Positions 36,481 through 47,962 of a stretch of DNA of 64,000 nt are shown here, piece after piece; within the stretch, counting starts at the first letter, position 1; each line of letters opens with the position of its first letter. The stretch is from the human T2T-CHM13v2.0 reference genome, Homo sapiens: the NCBI RefSeq assembly GCF_009914755.1, contig NC_060942.1; one strand, written 5' to 3'. The notes under the pieces were generated by a model that saw only the letters and a list, made by a program, of their open reading frames with translations, ran no database searches and had not been told where the DNA came from. The translations under genes were made by a program, and so were the position numbers.

Positions 36481-37669
36481 ATCAATACAATGAAGGCCAG
36501 GGAAATTACTGCAATCCTGAACTGTACCTATTAGGAAAGACCTCATGTTAATTAAGCGCCTTCTATGTCAAGCATTGTTTGGGTGATTTACATGTTTACA
36601 TACTATCAACAGACATTTTTGAGTGGTTAACTTGTGGTTGATTTATTTTTTAAAATTGTCAAGCATTTATTGAGCACCTGCTATGTGCAAGAGGTAGTGG
36701 GGAATCCAAATACATTTTAAGAGAAGCCCATTGCAATGTAAACAAAGAAATAAGGCAAGGTTGGTTCTAAATGGGGTGTCAGCCTTCAAAGAAGGATTTT
36801 ATGCAGTTTTGTCTTGACAAAAAAGACTTGATTAATTGACCTCTTAAGGACTCTTCCAGCTGTTTGTTCTGCAGTACAGTGTGATAGGAGAGGAAGGTAA
36901 ATTATTTTCATGAATGTGAAGCTTTGCCAGCTTTGCTTATCTTTGTTTATTTCACTAAGACAGTATTAATAATTTGAACTCTTAAGCAGCTTCTGTGTTC
37001 CACCAAAGCAAAGTCTTTTCAGTTCATTTTGTAAAATATCTTATTTTACTTCATTCTCATTATGATTCATAACAAAATAAAAAAATAAGTTATAACCAAA
37101 CTGGATTACTAGTATGTAATCTGTAGCATTGCTTAATTTGGCTTGCTATGAAAGTTTTAATAGAAAATATCATTTGATTGCAATTTAGAAATAAAATTTG
37201 ATTTCTGTATTATAACTAATATGAATAATAAGCCCAAAATGTCTAATATACTTAGGCATTTCTATTAACACAACAAATATGTTTCGGATGCTTCCAGCAT
37301 ACTAATTCAAAGTGTCATTGTCTCCTTGTACTCGCAGGTTAGCTCTCCTGAGCGCTTACTGACCTCACCCAGGCAGCCTTTACCAGCAATTAGTTCTCAG
37401 CTGTATTAGCCCTTTGGAGTGCCACAATAATTAAAGTGTTATGCCTCTTTAAATGAAGTTGGCTTCTGGTGCCTGGCTGAATTGCTCTCAGAAGAGTGCC
37501 CCTTTCTCTGTGTAGTCTGAGGTTGTGGGTAGCTCTGCCATTCTTGTCTCTGGGCTGGGACCTAGAGCTCATTTACTCACAATACTTGCCATTTCCAGAT
37601 CCACAGGCTCGTTCTGTCTCACCGTAAGGGGAGAGGCTATGTGCCTTCCTTCCCTCATAAACAACTGCC

Positions 37670-37810
37670 ATCTATCCATTCATTTATTCATTCATCAGTA
37701 ACTATGAATGGAGTGCCTACCGTATGCCAGCACTGTGTTAGATGCTGTAGTTACCAGAGTGACTAAAAACGGATACAGTACCTACTCTCACAGAATTGAG
37801 TAATCATAAC
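37670..37810 (-). mobile_element. L2 3' end
   Basis: CATTCATTTATTCATTCA...GAGTGCCTACCGTATGCCAGCACTGTGTTAGATGCTG. Confidence 0.7.
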
Positions 37811-38019
37811 AAAGAATGGATGAAGGATTGGAGATGAAAGGCAGCAAGGGAAGAGAGATGTCAAAAATGGCCTCCAGCAAGTTCACTGATCAAACTCCCA
37901 CCAAGTTCACTGATGAAACTCCCTCCAGTGGTGCTGCTGTCTGGCTGCTCTTCTGTTGTCACCCCGTGGCCCACACTTGCACTCGATTTGAGCTCTACTC
38001 AACCGTCTTTCCCTGCCAC

Positions 38020-38215
38020 TCTCCCTCTCCTGATTCTGCTTAGTTATTTTCATGGGAATTTTGAAGACATTCTATTAAATATTGATTTGTTTGTTGCCTG
38101 TTCTCTCTAGTGGAATGTGAACATCATGAGGTCATGAATCTGTGCCCCCCATGCCTGGAATGTTGCCTGGCACATGGCAGCTTCTGAAAAAGGAATGAAT
38201 GAAAGAATGAATGAT
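38020..38215 (+). mobile_element. L2 3' end
   Basis: CTAGTGGAATGTGAACATCATGAGG...ATGCCTGGAATGTTGCCTGGCACATGG...GAATGAATGAA. Confidence 0.7.
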
Positions 38216-40309
38216 GCTAGGTTGCTGCCTCATACAATAAGGTGGATGGTAGCATCATGACTCAGAAAGAGATGACTGGAATGGAACTAGGTTTGGCTCA
38301 GGCGATTGGGAGAGTTATTGTGTTCAGGCTCAGTGTGGATTTGGTGCACACTGATGCTTAGTAAGGCCTTCATGGATCTGCCAATTATTTCAAACTTCTG
38401 GGTCTCCTTTTATTGAGCACCCACTATATGCTAGTGTTTGAGGGTCTGAGAGCAAAGGGAACACAATCTCTGCCCGTTTTCAAAGGTCCTGAGTTAGTAG
38501 TCCCCGCTGACTTTGGCTGAAGTGCCTGGTGGTATCCAAGTTGGGAAAGCTGGTGTTGGTCATTCCTGGAGAGTGCAGGTAGTTGAAATGCGAGGGCAGC
38601 AGGAATGATTCTAACTCCCTTTCTGGCTCTTGCTCATGGCGGGGATCCCCAAGGGACCAGAGAGCATTGATTGGGTGGCCTGTGGGCCATCTGAACTTCT
38701 TGGCATTTTGAGGAGGTGGGCAAAGAGAACAAGAACATAGTTGGGATCAATTTTTAGCACCTCCCTGCCTGGGGTCCTGCTCCTAGTGATGGAATGTGAC
38801 ACATCACATCCATAAACATTGTCCACACATGGGATTTCAAGAATCCCCCCAGTCTGAAGGTCAGAGTTCACTGAGCTTGTCTTCAATTCCTCGGAGGATG
38901 GCAGGAGCAAGGGAGGACCCAGCCTCGGAGGAACAGGTACCTGCTGAATGCTCAGGCACAGGCTCAGAGGACAAGCAGGGAACAGCTGTGGGCCTGCAGT
39001 ATGAGGCAAGGACACCGTTATGGAAAGTGGGGCACAGGGTCAGAGGAGCAGAAAGTGGGCATTGCCTGATGTTCGCCTGCACCGATTCCCCTAGACCCAG
39101 GGCAGAGTTGACTTTAGAACCCAAAGGGGTCAGCGGAAGCAGAGATGGGTTGGGAGCAAGAGGCTCTAGCCATGTGGGCTGGAAGGCTGCTAGGACCTGA
39201 GTCAGGCAAGACAGAGGCGCCTCTTCAGGAACAGTTAACTATGGCCCCTGAAACTGCATCCTTGGCATGTCAGGGCATAAACAAAATGAAAACCAAATAA
39301 ACTGTCTAGAAAGTGGAGTCCTATGGAGATGAATTGCATCCTCCACCCATTGCCTGGTTTCCTGTGGTGTTTCTTTTTACTTCTCACCCCCATCCCACCT
39401 TCCAGGAGCTAAGGCTTATTGCCATAGCTGCCATATGTGGTTACTTGGAGAAGCAGCCATTGGGTAACCTCTGGGGCTTTGTACAGGCCTCAGTTTTCTC
39501 CTCTAGAAAATGAAATGAGCTATCCCCTCTATCCCTCACAGGGGCTTTCACAGAAGTCATAAAGTGATTAGAAAGCAACTGTCAATGCTCAACAATATGG
39601 AGCCTCACCCAGCTCCTTCCTCCAACACTGGGCCAGAGCAAGGGCAAGGGGTGCCCTCATCAACAGGCAGGGGGCTGTCCTTCACTTTGTGGGGCACCTG
39701 GAATTAAATGAGAAAGATGAGTCTCTCTCACAGCAGGCACTCCATAAATATTGAATACTTCCCCCCTAGAAGGATTTGGAAGAGATTCTGGGTGAGCTCA
39801 GAGTTGGAATGGGTGAGGAAGGGACCCATTAGGCCCCAAGGGGCTAGGCTAGTGGGCTCCAGGGGACAGAGAGTGGGAGGCTGCTGCAGGCCTGAGGGTG
39901 CCCTGGCTCTCCAGGGCTGAGGCTGTTTTCTGTCCTCCAGTCCTGCTTCCCCTGTGTGGAGGGTTGGTGCTTAATATTATTATTATTAGAGGGGACACGA
40001 TGAACCTGCCCCAGACCTGGCTCACAAGTGTATGGGTGCAGTCGGCAGGATTTGTTGAGGCGGGGCGTTGCCCCAGGTTCTTAGTGCATTCCCGTGTGTG
40101 GCCAAAAGCCATCATGTATGCAGCTCCTGCTTGGCTGGGCCACGTTCTGGGTCATTAATATTTTCCAACTCTCGGTTTTGTTCATTCTGTTCCTCCCAGT
40201 GAGAATGTTCACCTTGCTATACTGTGTGCATTGGATCCATCTCAGGTTCTCCTTCTACTCTGAGATGTTTACTTTGGGAGCTTCTTCCTCCCGTGGTTCT
40301 GGAGTTGGT

Positions 40310-40505
40310 GCTATGGCAGAATGGTTGGGCACACAGGCTCTGGAGTCTGAATCCATGGGTTTCAATCCTTGCTCTGCCACTTGCTAGCTGTGTGGTGTTA
40401 GGCAAGTTCCTAAAGCCTTCTCTGCTTCAGTTTTCCCGTCTCTAAATGGGTGTACTGAGAGTTCATTCACACAGGTGCAAGGAGCAGTGCTTAATGTTAT
40501 TATTA
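40310..40505 (+). mobile_element. MIR SINE
   Basis: CACAGGCTCTGGAGTCTGA...GGGTTTCAATCCTTGCTCTGCCACTTGCTAGCTGTGTGG...CTTCAGTTTTCCCGTCTCTAAATGGG. Confidence 0.88.
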
Positions 40506-41519
40506 TGAGAGGGGACACTGAATCTGCCCCAGACCTGACCTCAACACTCACCTAACGCCTGCCTCCCTACAACCCAGGTGTTGGCCACTTGCCTTCTTTC
40601 CTGACCATGGTGACCCTGGGGAAGCCTTACACTATTCCTGTGGTTGAAAAGCCCCAACTACTTCCTTTGCCATAGCCCAAGGAGCTTCTGCACGCAGTGC
40701 CAAGTGATGAGGAGAGACCACAGCATCTGCACTGACCAGCAGGACCCGCAGAGGTTCTGGCCAGGGGACACGACAAGGTCATGCCTCATGGGGTGGGCTT
40801 GGATCACAGAGAGAAAAGAGACAAGACAGACAGAGACAAAGAAGACAAGATAGGGCACCTGCTCTTTCTTTTCTCACATTCTCTTGGATGTTCCTAGAGG
40901 CAGTTGTTTCATATGGCTTCTCTGGAAATGTCTTGCGAGACCGAGCAGCAAACTGCTTGTTGTATGCCTGGAGTGGCTGGCTCAGTCACGCCCCTCTCAT
41001 TTTATACTCCCTGCTCCCACTTCACTTGGCTCTCCCTCACTTGCCCTTCCCTGGGATTGCACCCTCCAGTAAAACCGTAGCAATCAAGCCTTTGCCTCCA
41101 GTTCTGTTTTCTAGATTACTCTGGCTAAGGCAAGAGTCTTAATATAAGATTTGTTTAGTGATCTTTTACAAGGCACGTGTCTTTTTGCCTAACTAGAGGA
41201 TAATCTCTTTGGAGGAGGCAGGAGGCTATACTTGCTCTTGCCTGTCATGTTTCTTGGCAAAATGGTGGACCTAGAGTTTGCTGATGGTTTAATTGGCCTC
41301 ATCTGTGATTATTCAAATCAGCAGGTCTGAGCCCAGTGTGAATACAGCAAAGTCCACTTACCTGGGGCTTGGAATGACCCATACTGATCCCGCTCTGAAA
41401 TCTCAGGTGCCTACAGCCCATTCTCAGACTACAATCTCTGTATAGCTCTCTCTCTCTCTCTCTCTCATTTCCCCCAAATCTTCTACCTCTTCACCTCCAC
41501 AGTTGGAAGACATGTTCAT

Positions 41520-43315
41520 GTCATTCTCATTTAACAACCAACCAGACTGAACCAAACCCTCACTCAACCACACATCCTCCTTCTAGGTTTTATGCTATCT
41601 CACTCTTGCCCTCCACAGCCAAGGATTTGCAAGATCTCTTTCCCTCATCCCCTCATCACTGCCCAAATTCCTCGCAACTTATTGCAGTCTGTCTTATACC
41701 CCATCTAATCCATTGAGCCTCTCCTTGCTGGTCACCATTGAATCCAGTGGAGATATTTGTTCTTACTTTACTTGCTTGAATTCTGTTGTCATCCTACCCT
41801 TTTAAGCATTCCATCCTTTTTGAAACTCTTCCTCTCTTAATTTGTGTGATTCCACGATCTCTCTGTTTCCCAACTACCTCTCAGGCAGCTCATTCTCATC
41901 TTCCTTTGCAGCCTTGCTTCCTCCACTCACACCTGAGCTGTTGGCGTTCCCCAAGACTTGTTCTTGGTGCTCTGTGCACCATTTTCCATGTAACCTTTGG
42001 TTATCTCTTTCACATTGTGGCCTTAGTTATCACAGATATGTTGAATAGGTCCTGAATCTCTGAGTCCAAACTGAGCACCAACCTATCACTCACCTGCCTG
42101 CAGATGTACCCCAAGCCTATCAAGCCCAACTTGTCCAAACAGGATTCTCACTTCTCCCTGAAGCCTGTCTGACCCTTGCCTACCTGAACACCACCATCCA
42201 GTGAAGAATCTAAGCCCAGGACCTTTTTTTTGCTAGACTCTACCTTCCTTTTCAGCTCCCCTTGCTAAGCATTCAGAAAAGTCTGCAGCCTCTATTTCTC
42301 TGTGATCACTACCTTAGTTCAGGCTCTTGTACCTGGATCATGGCAATAATTGTCAACTGATTACTTTGTCTCCAGACTATACTTTCCCTTTAATTCTTAT
42401 TTCCACTGCCACCGAAGTACAGATGCTCCTTGACTTATGATGTGGTCATGTCCCAATAAACCCATTGTAAGTTGAACATATTTCAAACAAAAAATGCATT
42501 GAATACACCTAATCTACAAACATCATAGCTTAGTCTAGCGTACCTTAAGTGTGCTCAGAACACTTACATTAGCCTACCGTTGGGCAAAACCATCTAACGC
42601 AAAGCCTATTTTACAATAAAGTTTTGAATATCTCATGCAATTTGTTGAATACTGTACTGAAAGTGAAATAAAGAATGGTGGATGGGTAGGTACTTAGAGT
42701 ATGGTTTCTACTGAATGTGTATAATGTTTGTGTAAGTTGAACCATCAGGGGCCATCTGTAATCTTTTAAAATTCCACACCAGATTTTGTCATGCCTTTTC
42801 TTAAAAGCCTTCAATTGCTAACTCCAAAAGCTTTCAACTTGAAGTTCAAATTCCTGAGCTTCATGCTACAAAGTCTTTTGTGGTCTGCCCCTTGACCAGC
42901 TCATTAACCTTATCTCTTCACTCTTCTGCCCACTTTTCTCCAGCCAAATTGGAATTTTTCAATTTCCTTGAACATGGCATGATGCTTTAAACCTCCATAT
43001 ATTTGCATTTTCTGTTCCCTCTGCCTGGTACCCCATCTACCCACATCCTTAGCTAGCTGATGTCTATCATCCTTCCAATCTTGGCTCATATGCCCCTCTT
43101 AGGAGAAGCCTTCCCTTGGCCTTCCTTTCTAGATCCCTGTTATCTCTGTTAATATTTTTCCAGATAGAAGCATGTATGACACTGACTTATGAGTTGATTT
43201 ATCTGTGCTCTCAAGCCCCTTGGGGTCAGGGACTGTGTCTTATATGACTGTCCCCTCAATCCTTAGCACAACGCATAGCACTTAGTAGATGCCCGGTATG
43301 TGTTGAATGAATGAG
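41520..43315 (+). mobile_element. Long L2 LINE fragment (ORF2 end and 3' end), interrupted by MER47A
   Basis: Pyrimidine-rich L2 body (AATCCAGTGGAGAT...TCTTACTTTACTTG; ATCACTACCTTAGTTCAGGC) ending GGTATGTGTTGAATGAATGA. Confidence 0.8.
42420..42758. mobile_element. MER47A TcMar-Tigger MITE
   Basis: CAGATGCTCCTTGACTTATGATG...CATCATAGCTTAGTCTAGCGTACCTTAAGTGTGCTCAGAACACTTACATTAGCCTAC...CCATCTG, flanked by TA on both sides (42418-42419, 42759-42760). Confidence 0.9.
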
Positions 43316-45141
43316 CATAAGCCCCTACTGTGCCTCAATGACCACAGTGAGGAGTGGGCTGGAGAGGACATGTTGATGGCTCTTGCAAACCATTCCCACC
43401 TCTGAGAAGAACTCTGTTGCAGAGCTCTTGGCACTTCAGCTTCTATATATGGCAGAGGTGATGGCAGCTTTGCTATTAGTTTCTAATTTTGACCCTTCAG
43501 GTCTCCTTAGGTGGATGTTTCCACCATCCCCTCTTGCCCAGTCCATTTCACCCCCTTAATGGGCCTGGGCCAGGCCAGGCCAGGCCTCCTCCTTCCTCCC
43601 TTCTTGCCTGCCCGAGTGCCTCTCAAGTTCCCTCCACATGACAGGGAGCCAGCTTTTCCTTAGCCTGGCATTCCTACTTCAGCTTTTAATCTTTCCTCAT
43701 AAATTAATCTCTCTTGCTACCTAATCATGCCTGGTGCCCTTTTCTGAACACTCTCTACTTTGCCTACCCCTGTCGGGTAATGAGATGTCCACAGCTGGCT
43801 GCAATATCCCAGGCTCCCTCTCACCACCCCCAGAGATGATTTCCTCCTGGCTTTGTGTCCTGGCCCCTGCATATGCACATCCAAATCAACTTGACTTTTT
43901 TGAAAAATTTATTTCACTGCAACTTCCCATTGCAAACTCATCCAATTTGCACTTTGCTCTGGGGCTGTGTCGTTCTCTGTGGGTGCCCACTTTTGGGGTT
44001 CCCCCCACTTATTGAATTCATCTGTGTCTTTATGGTTATTTTTTTCCTTCCTGTGCTAATGCTTATGCCTTTCCAAGCAGAGTCTCATTTAGGGCATCTT
44101 ACCCAAACTCATCTCTTCTCCAGGTCACAGGATATTTTTCTTTACCCCTTCCCAGACAGGAGTGGCTGTCAGTTTCATGAGACAGTTTCTTATAAACGCT
44201 AAGAAAAAAATGGGTCTCTCCCAATCATACTTGCTTCTATTACACAATCTCAGCATACTTTTTGGCCTCAACTATCAGAAAACTTAAAGCTAAGTTTTAC
44301 TTTTGGTGGCAGCAAGTGTCTTTCTCTCGAGACTCTGTGAAATTCAATTTTCCTCTTATTATGTGGCATTCTTTCATAAATTATTACTATAAAGAGACTA
44401 ACATATATGGGTTTGTTCATAAGTTTGTGAAATATAAAGACGTTTTAAGTTTAAATATTTTTGGAAATAAGTAGAGTCTAAAGAATACATTTATTAACTG
44501 GGCAGTTCATATACTTTTTTTTTCTTTCCTCTTTTTATCCCTAGTCCCTTTTCCTTGGCCTTCTGACCATGAGTAGAAGATAGTGTGGATGAGCTTCTGA
44601 GTCTGGGTTGCCTCCCTGCCCCTCACCATCACCCTCAATGACAGTTATTTGTCAGTGGCCTTGATAAGGGACGCAGTAGGTGATCTGCACAGGTAGATGG
44701 AGGAAGTGGGGTAATGAGGGGGAAAAGATCCTGACTTTGGGAGATAGCAGGTGTCAGCATCAGGCTCAATTCTGTTCCTTCTGGTTCTGTAACTTCAGAC
44801 CAATTAACCTTTCTGAGTTTGGGACTCTTCACCAAAAAGAAGTGAATAATGAAACTTTCCAGGGTTGTGAGAAACAAACAAAACAAAGTACAGAAAAGGG
44901 TCGATCACAGTACCTGATGTCCAAGGTAAGGGTGGGGGTGCTCCATTCAACTTTCTATCCTTGGTTTCTTAGAGGTGTCCCCTGCCCATAGATATGTCCC
45001 CCTGGATCTTGTATGGCCTTAAATTCCACAGTTACAGTCTCATTGACTTTTACTGTCAGACAAAACATCCCTTTGGTATTTATACCTCAGTCTGGCTGAG
45101 ACTCCCTGGAAGAACAAACTGTCAGTAGGGTATCAAGGTAA

Positions 45142-45776
45142 TGTCAGAGCCGTTTGAAGCAGTGTGACTCCAGTAAATAGGGGCTGGGTAAAATAAGGCT
45201 GAGACCTACTAGACTGCATTCCCAGGAGGTTAGGCATTCCTAGTCATGGGATGAGATTGGAGATAGGCACAAGATTAAGGTCACAAAGATCCTGCTGATA
45301 AAACAGGATGCGGTAAAGAAGCCTGCCAAAACCCACCAAAACCAAGATGGTGATGAAAGTGACCTCTGGTCATTCTCACTGCTCATTATACACTAATTGT
45401 AATGCATTAGCATGCTGAAAGACAATCCCACCAGCATTATGAGTTTATAAATGCCACGACAATGTCAGAAAGTTACCTTATATAACCTAAAAAGGGGAGG
45501 AATCCTCAGTTCTGGGAAATCCTTGCCCATTTCCTGGAAAACTTATGAATAATCCATCCTTTGTTCAGTATATAATCAAGAAATAACTATAAGTATACTC
45601 AGTCAAGCAGCCCATTCTGCTGCTTTGCCTATGGAGAAGCATAATTCTTTATTCCTTTACTTTTTAAGTAAATTCGCTTTTATTTTACCCTATGGATTTG
45701 CCTCAAATTCCTTCTTACGTGAGGTCCAACCTCCTCTCACTCTTGAGGTCTGCATTGGGACCCCTTTCTGGTAACA
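45142..45776 (+). mobile_element. MER41B-like ERV1 solo LTR
   Basis: TGTCAGAGCCGTTTGAA...GGGGCTGGGTAAAATAAGGCTGAGACCTAC...CCCCTTTCTGGTAACA, 635 bp. Exact TSD GTAA at 45138-45141 and 45777-45780. Confidence 0.92.
45510..45539. promoter_or_regulatory. Tandem GAS (STAT1) motifs within MER41B
   Basis: TTCTGGGAA (45510-45518) and TTCCTGGAA (45531-45539) both fit TTCNNNGAA. Activity is not shown by sequence alone. Confidence 0.6.
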
Positions 45777-45969
45777 GTAATAGTTTATGATGGGGATTCA
45801 AATAGTTTATGAATTTTGGAGCACAGTATTTTGGGGGACCACAGTCCTTCCTGGATGACAGTGTTGCTGGGGAACAGGGTAAAGGTGAGGGAGAGACAGC
45901 ACCTGATTAGAGGGTTGCGGGAGACCCTCCAACTTTGCAGGGTTTTGGAGCTGTTTCTGGGACATCAGA

Positions 45970-46130
45970 ATCTAGTTCTGGAATGTGTATATGACTTCCC
46001 TGGAGGTCTTGTCACTAGCAGATGTAGATACAGGACATCTGGGGTGGGGCTTGAAATTCTGCATTTCTGGCAAGCTCCCAGCCTTGCCCATGCTGCTGCT
46101 GTCTGAACCATTCAGAGTGGAAGGTTTTTA
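45970..46130. mobile_element. MER5-family hAT MITE
   Basis: TCTGGGGTGGGGCTTGAAATTCTGCATTTCTGGCAAGCTCCCAG...ATGCTGCTG. Confidence 0.7.
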
Positions 46131-47149
46131 GCAGACTTTACTGAAACCTCATTAAAAATTGGGCTCTGGGCAATGTGGGGGCACCCCTGCAGTGGGGGTC
46201 TCCAGGCCAGGACCCCCGACCAGGCCCATTTGAATGGTTATTATTTAGTTTTTACTCAGAACCTTGCCCAAGTTACTATCCTCAAGCACTTTCCTAAAAT
46301 TGAGAGCATGATATTCACCCCTTCCTTTTATCTCCTCATCTGGCATTTCTATAAATTAGAAAAAAAAAGCAATTAAGTTTGTCTGGCATGACTTGCACCA
46401 CATCAAGTCCTGCTATTTACTGACTGTGAGTCTGTCCTCAGACTACAAAGAGTTCTTCTTAATGCTGCATCCTTGGCTTGCCTGGGAGGTAACTTCCATT
46501 TTAAGTTTTTGGAAAAGGTGATGCACAGGCCTCAATGGACTCAACTAAATGCATCATTATTTTTATTTTTATGTTTTAATTTTTTTAAAGGTGATTCCAA
46601 ATTGCCATTTACTCTATGTTTACACTCAACAAATGCTGACAAACCTAAACTATAGTGACAATGAGAAAACAACAACATAAACAATAAAACTCTTGCAAGG
46701 AAGCCAGTGCTAAAGTGGCACATGGGTGGCCCAACTTGCCTCACTTAATCAGTGTCTCTCATTCACTTGCATTTAAATCTGCTTTCTTTTCTTTTCTTTT
46801 TTTGCAGCACTATTTTTAAACATATACATGCATGCTCACAAAATGGCTGGGATCCGGGGATCCCAGGCCTCCCTCCATCCTTGACTAGACACTTGATGCC
46901 AAAATGAATGTCTAAGTCTTTGGAGCCTCATTTTCCCATCTGTTAACATGGAAGTAATAAGACACATCTAACACGTCTCACTGCATGAGGGCCTACTGGA
47001 GGACTTGGTACATATTAGGCGCTAAATGAATGTTTATGCAAAAAAAATACAAGTATTACTAAACAAGGCCTGATTTTGTTCAGGGTCATGCCCAGCTAGA
47101 GCTACACTCCTTCCATGGTCCCTTGCAGCTAGAAGTGGCCATGGAACAC

Positions 47150-47480
47150 TGCTATGGTTGGATGTGTTCCCCCCAAACTGATGTGTTGGAAACTTAATTC
47201 TCAAATTCATACGTTGGTAATATTTGGAGGTAGGGCCTTTGGGAGGTAATTAGGGCTAGTTGAGGTCATAAAGGTAGGGCCCTCATGATGGGATTAGTGG
47301 CTTTATAAGAAGAGAGACCTGAGTTGGCATGTCTCCTCTTTCTTACCATGAGAGGCCTTTTGCCATGTTATAACACAGCGAGAAGGCCCTGACAAGATGC
47401 ATCTCCTTGACTTTGGACTTCCCAGCCTCCAGAAATGTTAGAAATAAATTTCTTTTCTTTATAAATTACCCACATTCTGT
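47150..47480 (+). mobile_element. MaLR LTR, MSTD/MSTC-like, 3'-truncated
   Basis: TGCTATGGTTGGATGTG...GGGCCTTTGGGAGGTAATTAGG...GGACTTCCCAGCCTCCAGAA...AATAAATTTCTTTTCTTTATAAATTACCC. Confidence 0.8.
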
Positions 47481-47796
47481 CCAATTAGATTTAAGCTGTT
47501 TTTGGAAGGGGATGAGGTTGGGGTAATTTTTGGGAAACCTATGCTTTCCCAATATAGGGGCCACTCCCTCTTCTGGATCTGAAACAAACACCATACAGAA
47601 ATAGCCCTATTGCAACATGGGGCAATAAGCATGAGGATTAAAATAAAAGAAAAAAAATAGAGTGGAGAGATGGGAAAAGAATGGTTTCCTAGTGGCATCA
47701 ATGGGCTTCCACACAGCCCCACTGCCTTTGCCTGGGATGCTTGTTACAAGAGAGTGTGACAATTCAACAAAGTCTTTGTCACTATCCCTAGAGTCC

Positions 47797-47962
47797 CTAC
47801 CTACTCCAAGTGCTGCCTGTGAACTAGCAGCATCAGTCTCACCAGGGAGCTTGTTAGAAATGAGGACTGTCAGGTCCCACCCCAGACCTACTGTGTAAGA
47901 ACCTGCACTTTAACAACCATCCCCTGGTGAGTTACACTCACATTGAAGTTTGAGAAGCACTG
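47797..47962. mobile_element. MER5A-like hAT MITE
   Basis: AGCAGCATCAGTCTCACCAGGGAGCTTGTTAGAAATG...CCCACCCAGACCTACTG...AAGTTTGAGAAGCACTG. Confidence 0.85.
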
